From Amoebophrya sp. A120 (lineage: Eukaryota; Protista; Dinoflagellata), in the NCBI GenBank assembly GCA_905178155.1, contig CAJINV010000016.1, forward strand, positions 711,386 through 775,385: a stretch of DNA of 64,000 nt. Direction: 5' to 3'. Both the position numbers and the translations under genes were made by a program. Below, piece after piece: positions 38,001-50,000 of the stretch. The notes under the pieces were generated by a model. It saw only the letters and a program-made list of their open reading frames with translations. It searched no databases and was not told the origin of the DNA. Each line of letters begins with the position of its first letter. Position 1 is the stretch's first letter.

Positions 38001-41000
38001 GGCGGATGCCGACGCCCAGAGAGGCACTGCGGATGTCCCCGAGCTACCCAACTTTGAGCAAAGGGTTGACTGGTTCGTCCAAAGTGCTGATGTCCTCGTC
38101 AAGAAAATGCAAGACGTGAGCAGTTTCGCCGAGGCTTTGCAGAAGCTTTCGGGTGTGCAAAAACAAGTTGCAGAGCTGCAACAGAGCGCGGATAATTCTC
38201 GGTGGCGTAACGTGGGCCAGGTGGACAGTGTCCTCCCGTACGTGGTTTGTATTGATGACGCGGCGAGGGCCTTGGAGCCGGCTACGGGCGTGCAAGCTCT
38301 TATATGTCACGACAGCCAGCATACAAATAGCAACACCGACGAAACCGGGAAGCGAAATTTTATACACAATGTGTCGCGCTGCAGAATGAGGATGCAGGAT
38401 ACGCGCGGAGCCTTGGAGCTGCGGCGCGAAAATTTTCGCATGCTGACAGCGGCAATTTTGCCCATCGCGACCCGGCCAAAATGTTTTCATGAATATAGTT
38501 TGCGAAGGCTTCCTTTGGCTGCCGACAATTTTGCCGAAAGAGGGCCCACCCGCACGATTCCGCCGGGGAAAAACTGAAGCGAAACTTTTAAAGCAAAATC
38601 GCGAAAACTGTTCAAATCCGAAAGAACCTCATCAACCAAAGCGCCCCACGATTCACCCCGGGTTCGGTTCTGCCCCCATCGCGCCTTTCCATTTTCAGAC
38701 TTTTTGCGTACTCCCTCCGCAAATTTTTTGAAGTGCGCTGACTTTTTGCGGCAGAAGTTTTTTCGTGGCGGCCCACATGAAAATAAAGACTGCGTTCGCG
38801 TTGTGGTTGCGTTTTTTCATGAAAACTGCGGCGCAGTTTGTTGTTCCGCCTTTTGAAGGCTGCTAACAGCATGGTTTGGCATTGGCGAAAGAGCGGAAAG
38901 CTTTGAGACCCAAAACGCCAGACATGACGGAGCCGGCCGGAGCACGCAGGGACGTCCGCAAAAGCAAAGAAGGACAAAGCCCCGGCAGGAGAAATGCGGG
39001 CCTCTGCCGGCTTCCCGGGGATAATTTTTTGCCCCGGGGCCCCCCACGCCCGGCTGTCCACCCGCCCTTGAGGCATCCGCGTTTCTGCTTGAGATCGTTC
39101 GCCCCCCCCGGGGAGTCTTCTTGTCCCCGGGAGCCTCCTCGCCCGGCTGGGGGCCGCGGCTCTTCCGAGAAGGAGGCCAATTCATTCGGGCTAGCCGCGG
39201 TTGCCTTTCGGGCGGGATTTGCCGCGCCACTCCGGGATTGTTGGTCCCATGCCGGGCCCGTTCAATCGAGGGGCAGCCGGGGCAGGCGGGCCAAAGCAAA
39301 CAGGGGCAGGGCACTCCGGTAAGGATTCTGGAATCCCCTCACGGGCCCTCTACAATGCGTTCTCGCCAAGTCGGACCCATGCCGGCCGCCGGACCCATGC
39401 CGTGCCGAGCGAATTAAGCCATCCTAGTTTCGTAACGTCTTTCCGGGCCCTCCATCGGAACCCCCGCCCCAAGGCGGGCCCGTTTCGCCTGCCAACGTAT
39501 GGGCCACGCGAGGCGAATGGAGCCCGGTAATTCCGAGGGGGATTTGGAAAGCCTCGGTGGGCTCCTTTATCAGCCCGGCCGGTCGAAACCGGGCCCGGCC
39601 TGCCATGCCGTCGGGGGGGGGGCTGCGCAGGTAAGTTGTCCAAATTTAGGTCAGTGGACTTGCGGGGAGCCGCCTTTTGCAGAGCCCTCCGTCTCGCCTG
39701 GGTCGCCGCTGCGTTGTGCCTGCGTGCACCATCAGAAGTGCATTGCTGCCAATCATTTTGCCACATGTGCCATCAGAAGTGCATCGAATCGCGAGGGCCG
39801 TGAGTGGGCGAGTGAGTGCCTGTATTTATTTAAGTCGGGCCATTGCCGTCTCATGGGGGCGACGTAGGGCGGTTCAATCTGTGGCGGGCCGAGGACATCT
39901 TTTGCACGCAGAAGGCTTGTTTGGAATACCTGCAGACCCCTCTGCGCACCCCCCCTGCGTCGGGCTTATTCCGGCAGCGGGGAACGGCCGGCGCCGCACG
40001 CAGGGCGACCACAGTTCGGCCGAGGGCCCTGCAAGGTGCCCGGCATTCCGCGGGAGAACGCGCGGCCAGGCCCCGCGCGTGGGGGCTGCTTCAGCTGCTT
40101 TCAGGGGCCGAAAGCATCTCCCAGGCAGCAGCCATGTGAAAGCAGCATGCCCCTGGAAATTAGCAGTCCCGGAAAGCAGAAGCCCTAGAGAGGCTGTTGG
40201 CCTTCTTCGCCCCTGCGCAGAAATAACTCCTATGAGCAATGGCCATGCGCGCTGCGCCCTGCCTGCCAGCCGTCCCGGGCTCCTTGGGTAGCGGGCTGCG
40301 CCAGTCTCCGGGGCCCCGGGGGGCAAAAAAAAGCGGAAAAGGCTAAAAAGATAAAATTACAGGAGGAAAAGAAGCTGCGGGCGCGAGGGGCTGAACCGCG
40401 GTGGCCAGCGCCCGCGTGTGGTTTAGTGGGTTCCGAAAAAGGCCGACCCCATATTCAAACTAACACAAAATCAAAAAAACCGTTTGTCGCCGAGCGGCCT
40501 GCGCTTGTGTTGCTTTTGCTTCGTGGTCCCGGTTTCGTCGGGTTTCGTTGTGCTGTCTTGGTTCTCCCGGACACACCATGAGCTTCGCGAGCCGCATGGG
40601 TGTGCCTGTGCGGCAACAGGAACAGGCTGTGGTCGCCAAGCTAAAAAGCTTCTTCTCGCTTTCCACCGCACAGCAGGACAGCTCGGGAGCCGGGGCGCAG
40701 CGCAAAGACGGGGGCCTCGGAGAGCGTGCCAACTGGGTTCGCAACCGTATTGCGGACGGCGCAACAAGTGCGGCGGATTTGGCGGGTGACGTGGCGGCGC
40801 TCGAGAACGCGCTCAAGTCCGCCAAGAGCGATGCTGGGCGAATTGAGAGCGCATGGACTGACTTTGCCGCGGAGCTGCAAGGGCGCTTGGAAGCGCTTGA
40901 AAGAGAGTCGGGGGGCCCGCAATCGGCCGAGCACAAGCACGCAGCGCGCGCCTTTTTGGAGTGCCACAGCCACGAAACGGGAACAGGCGCAGCGGGCCTG

Positions 41001-44000
41001 CTTCGCTTGGTCGCCATCGCTGAGAAAAACGATAGATTGGCAAGCCTCATCAGACAGGCCCCCGGATTCATGATGCATATATTAAAGCAAGTGACAGCCA
41101 GCGCGGAAGAGGCCCTGGAGGCGAGGCTGAGTGAGCTCAGCAAGCGGTGCGACGAGCTGAGCGAGGAGAGCTGGGGGCGCCGCGGGCTCGCTGATGTCTC
41201 CGATGAGATCCCTCCGGTCTCCATTAAAGGGCCCGGCGGGGAGACGAAGATCCTGGAAAAACCATACTACGCGCCGCAAGCAGACGCCGGGGCACTGAGA
41301 TCCGCGATGGCCACGGGAACCTCTGCCAACGCGATTGAGAACAGTCTGAAGGGCAGCCGCGACCAGCATGGAGTTTGGCAAGACGAGCTGAACAAAGTGG
41401 AAAACGTATCCGGGGGAAAGTGGCTTGGGGCTAGCGTTTTCGCCTTTGCTAGGGTAGGCGTAGGCAGCCCAGTGAAATGCCTTTGCGCTTTTTGAAGATT
41501 TTGCCGCGGCCACCTGCCGTGAAAGCGGCCGCACCGCAGACAGCTTGAACCGTGAAAGCAAAGGGGCCGCACTTTCTTGTGTCGCCCTTCGAAGTGCGCC
41601 GGACCCCCGCTAATGAGGGGGATTACCCCTACGCGCCCCTCGTTTGCCAGCAACCTCGCTAGCGGCTGGCGCAAAATCTCGGGGTGAGCCGCTGGGCACA
41701 CAAAATTAATCGGCGCGCCAGCAGAGGCGCGCCCCAGTTCTTCGGCGGATGGCCTTTCCTGTCCGCTCTGCATATGGCAGAAAGCTGTGGCGCTTGCGTG
41801 GGTGGGCGCTTTTGCTGGGGAGGGGTAACACTAACAGCTCCGCAGACTTTTCGGTGGGGCCGCGCACTTCTCCATGGTCCGCGGAGAGAGGCGTGAAGAT
41901 TTAAGGGCGGCACGATAAAGACCACAGGAAGGTAGGGTAGATCTGCTGCGGCGCTAGCAGCCCCTCGAGGCGGCGTGGTTTTTTGGTGGGCCCTGTCGTG
42001 CCTAGTGGCCGGCACGCACGCAGCGTCCGCTTCCAGGCGGGGCCGCTTCGTATCGGGCCGCGAATGGGCGCCGGGGCGCGCGATGGCGCTTGCCCCGCAA
42101 ATCTGGGCGCGTTCGGCGTTGGTAGTGCTTTGGGTGGGTTCTCGTTACCTCCGCGGCGCCATGGGATTCGTAGCATATATTTTGGGGCGCCTTCTCGTTA
42201 GCCGCGGCCGCCAGGTGGCTTGAATTTCAAGCGCCCAAGCGCTCATCGAAGCCACGGGCGGCGGCGCGCGAGGTTCTGGGATTGGAAAATCCCTGATCCC
42301 ATCAAGACGGGCCCAAAGGGGGACGGGGGGTCGAGCAGAGGTCTGGAAGCGTTATGGGAGTGGCAGCCTGTTGGCCTGTCGCTGCCTGTGTTTCCTCTGG
42401 CGGCCAACAGAGAGATCACTGGCGGCCGGGCGCCTGCTTTGCTCCATCCGGGCCGGGGGCGTCGGGCGTTTTTGATTTTGACTGGGACAAGCGCGCGCAC
42501 AGATGTCCTTTCGGACCGCGCCCGCGCGTTGCCGCTCGATAAGAGCGGCGGCATGCTTGCTGCGCGCTACGAATTAATGCGTCTGGTCGTAAGGTGTCCA
42601 TCCGCTTCCGCGCCATTACAAAAAGAAAACAAAGAGAAAGGAGAGGCGCCGGCAGGCGCCGTCAAGTCAGTGCGAAAACCCCAGCACCCGCCGCTTCGCT
42701 GTCGATAGAGCGTAGACGGCCTCCTCGCTGACCAGGACTTGTCGCATGACTTCAAAGAAAAATGGAGAGGTGGCTTGCAGGCAAAATGCATCGCGGCGCA
42801 ATTGTACACGACCCGCCTGCTACGTGTCTGGGAGGCAGTCCTGGACAAAATCGGCGACCAAATTCAGGCCGCATCCAAGGCGGAGCAGGATCAGCGCCTA
42901 AAGGAAGCAGAGGAAGCCGAAGCAAGGAGCCGCGTCGCGGACCTGCGCCGCCGTGTGGAAGGGTTATTGGATGGCGCACGCAAATTGGTTTCGCGCATAT
43001 CGGACGACCGGGGCGCAGCCGAGGAAGCGCGAAAGGACAGGTACGGCGGTTTTCTAGTCCGCGCAAAGCAGCTGGAAGACACAGCCAGCAATCTCGACCA
43101 GCAGGCCAGGCAACTCGACAGGCCAGGCGATGGTAGGTTCGAAGACGTGAACAGTAAGTGCAACACCGCCGCGAGCGAACTCGAGGTCCTTGAGAAAGAA
43201 TATGACCGTGAGCGCACAGAGATGCAAAGCGAGGCGGAGCGGCTGGCGGAGTGGCGGCGCAAGAAAGGAGAACTCCAAGGAGAGGGCGGCCCCTGCTTTC
43301 AGGTAGAGGCATTTGCCGGAGATGAGGCCACTTGGGCGACGCTGGAAGAGCTCGTCGGCGAGGTAGATGACCTCCTCGCGGAGCAGCGGGGACCGGGGGC
43401 AGGTGCGGTGGTGAAGAATCCAGCGGCGGGAAACCCCGGGGAGGCGCGCGAAGCCTTTCGGAGGCTCTCTGAAAGTGCCAACGCGGCGCGTGGCCCGCTT
43501 CACTGGGACACCATCAGTGGGTCAGAGGATATCGGTGCCGCAGAAAAGGCCTGCAACAAGTTCGACGAAAGCGGGAAAGCCCTCGCAACCGCTCTAGCCG
43601 CGCGCCTCGTGGAGCTCGGGGGGAGCGATTCGACCGCGGTACCATCGGCACACCCGGTTTCGCGTCTTGCCGAGAACTTTATGGCGCGGTATGAGCAGAA
43701 GGGCCAGGACGGCATTTCCGCGGAGTTGGTCGACGCCCTGACGCGAGTGGGCCGCAGATGGAAACCCAAGGAAGGCCACCGCGCCGACTGGCTCGTTAGC
43801 GAACTTCTGCGCTGCGCCGCCGCGATCAGAAACGCCCGCGATGGATGGGCGCGCGAGAAAGAAAGGGTCGAAAGAGTGTGCGGCGCGATTGCAAATGCAT
43901 GCGCCGCGGAGGAGGGCGGCGGCGCTGCAGCAGGGGGGCCTCTCAGGTGGCCGCGCGAGCACGAGTATGCGGAGCTCGTAGACCTGGTGCGAGATGGCTT

Positions 44001-47000
44001 CAGCAGTTTCTCGGCACCGCAGCAGGCGGGCTCACGCCTTTCGTTCGGCGCGTGGTTCGCGCCATTGGTTGCGGCAGCGCTCCCCCCGCAAAGGCAGGAA
44101 CCGTTGGTAGGGTTGTTGGAGGGTGTCCAAAGTGCCTGGGACACCTCCTGCCTTGTTGGGCAAGTTGGTTCCACCCGCTATGCCAAGCTGGAGGACGCCT
44201 GGGGACGCTATCTGAGCGAGCTCACGTCCCGCTTGGATGTACTTGGCAAGGCAAAAGAAGACGCGGTGCGCAGCTGGGTAGGCGACTTTGCCGGACCGCT
44301 CGCTGACGTCGAATTACAGTTCGCAAAGGAGCCGGCTGGCCTCTTTCTCGCGCATGTCGACGCGGATGCTAGCGACAGCCGTGCCTCGCCTTGCCTGGGC
44401 CGCGGGGTTTCTGCCAGTGCCCGGGGCCTTGTCTCTGCTAGCATCGAAAACATGGCCAGCCAAGCGGACGAAGCAGCAGCGCGGGCGGTGTCGTCTCTCC
44501 GGGTCGCCCGAGCTGCTGCTTTCGGGGACGCAGCGGGGGCGGAGGTCGATCGCGAGGCGGACCGGCTCAGGGAGCAGAGGGGTGCGCAGGATACATTGCA
44601 GGGCGACGGCCTGCGTATTGAGGAGGACACCGGGCGGCGCTTCGTTGCCGCTGTGGATGGTTTTCACAATGCACTTCTTGAAGCCAGCATCGAACTCCCC
44701 GCGCCGCTGACGTTAGGGAGCGCGGGCGACCTGTGGGACGCAGCCAAGCTCCTGCGCGATTTGGCTAAAGGGGGCAGCGCCGAGGAAATACGAACTGCGC
44801 AGGGGGATTATCGCGCGAAGCGCGAATCCTTCGTCACCTCCCTGGGGCATTGGTTGAGCGCCCTCGCGCAGTGGCCGGGCGCGGGCGCCGACCGGGGGTC
44901 CACGGAGTTTTTAGAGGCCTCGGGGTATGGTGCGGTGCCTGTATTCTCTCGCGACTTGGAGGGCCCTGCCACGGCAGCTGTTGGCAAGGTCTACGACTGG
45001 GCGGCTGGAGACCTGCGAAGGCGCGCTGAGAAAGTCGAAGCCGACATGGCGCAGGCAGTTCGAAACTACCGGCGCGGCGCCCACGGGCAAGTAGACGCCG
45101 CACTAAAGGAGCTCGAAGAATCCCTGGCGTTATTTTGTATCGCGCTGATAAATGTTGTCCTTTTTTTTCGCTAATGCCTTGGCAGGGTACCACCGCTGGA
45201 GCCACGGCGGTGGTTTTCTTTTTGTGTGGATGGCCTTCCGGGAGGGGGCAGCAGAGCGCCGACCGGGATTCCGGCAAATAGGTAGTGGCGCCTACCAGTC
45301 CACTGCGCTGTTAGTTTTGCTTGGCGTGGTCCGTTTGGTTCTCGGCGCGGCGCTACCCCCTCGCCGCCCGCCCTATCAGGGATCACTTCCGGGCCGGCTA
45401 GAGGCGCGCAAAGCGTGTTGGCGCGGGTTTTTTTCTTTGGGGGTCGCGCGGTCCTGTGCCTGGAGGCGCTTCGGCCCAAATCAATGCATTTTGCGAGCCC
45501 TCCGCCCCCACTTGTGTCGGACTAGGGGCGCGTGGGCACTGCACCCCGCCCAGTGCCAAGCCACCTCGCCACCACTAGGGGGCAGGGGCGTTGGCAGTTC
45601 TCACACAGGCGGACCAGATTCCGGACGCCAGACCGCGAGCTACTATCCAACACCCCGAAGGAAGGAGCCTGCCGGGATGCGAGCAAAACGGGCACCCCTC
45701 CTGGATTTCCCAACCACCTTCATAGGGCTGGCCCCCGAGGCTGGGCGCCCCCAACCAAATGCCCGAAGCCACAGGCCCGGGGCTGTTGGTGTGGTATTTT
45801 GTTGCGCGCCGGGTAGCCGACGCAACCCACCGATCGAGCGGGCCCAGGTCCGCTTCCGGAGTTTCGGGGCCGGCCGGCCGTCTCCACGCACAGACGCGAT
45901 GGCGGCCCGGCCGGGTTGCGAGCGGTGTGGGCCTCGTTGAAACCTGGAACGCGGCCCCGCCAAGGCTTTGCGCTGGCTTTTGTGTTGCGAGTGCATGGCC
46001 CCGCCGAGGCTCTGCGCTGGCTTTTGTGCTGTGGGCGCGTAAGGGGCGCTCCAGGGAAGGCAGCGTGGTGGGGCGCATCCGCAGGTTCCTGGCGGGAAGC
46101 CTGGAAGCATGTCGCGCAACGTCGCTCAAGGTAGGTGTGGCGCGCCAGCTTATGCGCTTCTGTAGCCATTGAAGCGACAGAGAGGCGAAGGCGCAGATGC
46201 GCAAGGCCGCAGGGCGCCCCCTGTCCTGGATCTCGCCTCCCGTGTTGCGCGGCCGGACGGGCGGGCGGGGTGACTTCGATGTCTCCTGCAAGGCATGTAC
46301 GAGCAACCGATGTCGGGCTTCGCCCGCGCAGGATATTTGCTCCGCCACTGTGCAGTGAGCCTTGCCTGCAGCCTCTTGGCCCGGGTCTCGCTCCTGGGCC
46401 TGATCCTTCGGCAGCGGGCTGAGGCCAGCCAGCGGGGTTGAAAACTAATGAGGCCCGCCGCGGGCCTCTTCTCCAAACCGGCACCGGGCCAGGCGGGGAG
46501 CCTGGGTCCGCAAGGTTCGGCTGGTGGCCTACCGCCCGGTAGTCGTCTATCGATTAAAAAAGGGGTCGGCAGGCGACCGCGCCTACCGTGAATGCGGCCT
46601 CTCCGGCCCGGGGATCGTGTGCGCGCGGACGCAGCAGGCGGCCGCGAAGCGTGCAGGGTCGGCCGGAACCGTAGCCGACGGCCGTTGCTACTGTGGGGCG
46701 CCCTAGGTACTTACGCTGGACGAGGAGGCATGCGTGTTGTGGGTGCATAAGGATGGGAGGTTCATTGGGGGTTGCCGGGTACGTAGATATAGTCGACCGC
46801 CCCCGATTTAATTTTTTGGCTAGGGGGCCGCCGATCGGAGACGCAGGCACATTGGTGCGCTCTTTACGTGCAAGTTTGCGCCGCGCTTGTTGTTATTATT
46901 GATCACGAGCGCATGCGCAGCCCTACGCCCACGCGAAAGTAAAAGAAAAAGTATGCGGGCCTCCGACGGTGTATTTGCATGTGACACAAGGGGCGGGGGC

Positions 47001-50000
47001 CGCGGTCCGAGTTTGAGTATGCGATGGACACAGCGCATCCGCATCGGCTGGCCACGCCGGCCTTTTCTGTCAGCTGGCGGCGGTTTAACTGGGACAACTT
47101 TTATCACTACAGTAGCCCAGAAGCGCCCGGATGTGGTGCATCCTGGCAGCTGGAAGCCTGCCAATTTTCGTGCAGCCTTTACCGGAATGCCTGGGCACAG
47201 CGAGGAAGTTTTGGAACTGGAGCGGAAGCTGGAGAAGTTGAAGGGGCTATTGCATGCTTTTCGAGAGCGAGCAAAGCGGGTGAGTGATGTAATGGAGGGT
47301 TATGGGCAACAGAATACAGTAGCTCACGCAAAAAACGTGCTCCGTCCCCGGTGTGCAAGGTGTCAGCTGTTTCACACAAATGCAGGGGCTTTGTAATGTG
47401 TGCAAGACAAACTCAAACACAAGATTGAGCGTGGGCCCACAGTGTCGTGCACTTGATTAGCGAGCATGTGCCTGGTCGCGTCGCGAAGCTTCTTGACTAT
47501 GCTAACTATAATTTGTGGAGCATTTTGCCACCAGATTGCGCCGCATGAAGATGGGGCGCATGATCGTGTGCTTTTCCTGCGACTAGCAGTGGCACTGGGG
47601 CTGCAAATAACGTGTGTGACAAATACTTGCATTGAGGGGCTGGAGGGCGTTTTTACAAAGGATAGGAAGATTATGTGTGTGCACAGCCCCCCCCCCTCGC
47701 CCTCGTTTGACGGGTATGGGCAGCAGCAGAAGTAGTAGTGGCACAATGATGAACTTGAACATCAATAGACTCTGCATGGCAAACTCGGAAATGGAGTGTA
47801 GTACAGGTTCGTTTGGGTTTCATCGCAACCTGCTCAAATAAGACAAAGACAAGGTGGGTCCTGGTAATTTTGCATGACAGATGAGTGGAGGGGGGCGTGC
47901 AGTTTTATAAAGATGGAGCTACTTCACAGGTCTGGGACGCATTCCTCGACTCCATCGAGCCGCCACTGAAGCCGTATTTGGACCAGCTACAGATTGCAGT
48001 ATTTCTCGCGAGCGTGGCCCATCCGAAGTGAAAACAGCTGGCGCTTAAGTAGCTGCATGCTCTCTGCTTCAGGAGCAGATTGATATATTACTGTGATACA
48101 CCTACAAGAACCCGGCTGGGCCTTTGCCTGAGGAAGCCCGAAGTCGGTGCTTTCTACTTTGCATGAAAAGCCTCGCTGTAACCGTCCCTGCGTTGTATAG
48201 CAAGTCCGCCGCCTGCTTCATGCATGATAATTTGCTACAATGGCATGACGGCGAGGACCCTCCTCGTCGAACTCGCCATCGCCTTCGCCACAGGAGGCAA
48301 GTAGTCTACCACAATCCTGCCCCTGCGTTCCGTATGTGCGGCAGCTTGGCGCGGCTCACGTTCAGTTGCATTCTGGGCATCATGTAGAAAACGAAAGTGC
48401 GTGTGCAACTGCTGATCCAGGCGCGGCAACATACAGAAAATGCTGCGTACTAGGTAGTGTGTGGCAGAGTTTCTTTCGGGTTGGCCAAGTTTTCGATGTT
48501 ATACCAAATAAGCGCTGTCCAGGACGAATGCAACAAACTTCCCTTACCAGAAGCCCCAGCCGCCTCGGAGTCTCTATCTTGTACCCGTTTTAAAAACAGT
48601 CCAGCCGACTTCACATGCATCGTCCATGCAGTGTCTTTGTGTTCCTAGCATTCCAGGAAGAGCGCCGGGGGAGTGAAAAACAAAATGGAGGCTCCTGTGC
48701 TAGCACCTTCCAGTGCTATGAAAATGCTTCTGCTTTGCATGTTGTTTGTAAGGAGTTTCCACCGCTTCCGCTGCAGAGATTCGTATTTGTGTTCCCCTGC
48801 GACCGACCACAGGGACTTTTGGGCGGAGGCGCTAGCCCAACAAGCGACTCGACAGACGTTAAAAAGCCAGCTTCGCCAAGATCTGTATAAATAAATATTG
48901 GTATGTGTATGTCCGTAGTTTCTACGGACGAGGCTGCGTTCGCCCTTTGCCATTTCTGGAGCATTTCTATGTGTAAACGCCTTTGGCATTGCAATATAAA
49001 TGCTTCTACTCGTCCGTCCCTGTGGATCAAAAGAGGAGGACACTGCTCAGCCAGGTTACCCGCGTCTTAATGCTGGCGGGACGGTTTTTAATTCGATGTC
49101 GACGGGCCGACAAGATGGGAACGAAGACGCCCTGGTGCAGGAATTGATTACACTAGTAGGGAGCCACTTGAAAGCGCGGAACGAGAACCCACTATTTGTG
49201 CCTGTCCAGCAGTATTACGATTGCCTCGACGAAGTGCAGTCATTTGTCTCTGCCGCAGGCCCTTTCGGTGACGACGCGGAATTCGGACAGTCCATGACAA
49301 CCCCGCTACGCAGGTTTCGCGAAGTGAAGGATCAGTTCGAAGAACGTGCAAAAAAAGCTCAGCGACCTCAATTGGACCGTCTGTTCGTGGAAGATTTTCG
49401 AGAACAAGTAATTAGCCGTCAACAGGAGGACCACCTCGCTTTGAGCAATATCATCCAGCAGAAGCAGCGCGAGCAAAAGACCGCGCTAGACGAATTGCGG
49501 CAGCAGCTGCTAATGATGGAGGAAGGCGCACACAGCGGGCAGGCGCAGGAGCTGGACGATCTGCGTGCCAGGTTAGAAGGCATTGGTCTGCCGGCAGCTT
49601 GGAAGGAGGCTGCACGTGTCCATTGCAATATTCATGTTGTCGGCTCCTGCGTGAAATTTGTTCGCGGCACCTCTTCTGGGTATCCAAGTCTATACTCTTT
49701 TATTTTTTTGTCTAGGATGACGACGGACACGGAGGAACAAGAGCAAGAACAGGGTATTTACATACTTACAGGCGTCCAAGTAGGTACTTAACAAGAATGC
49801 GTGGCGCTGGCACGCTCGATGCTGCGATCTATTGAGACGTCTGCTCGTAGGTATTGACCTATGTGGTGTGGCGGACTGGTCTTTCGTTTTTGTGCCACCT
49901 ACTGTTGGCGTACAATATGGAGGGGACAGGGCCAGCGCTATCTATGTATAATCACGATCCGAGGAATAAGTATAAGAGGAACATGGGCGCGAGGTGTGCA

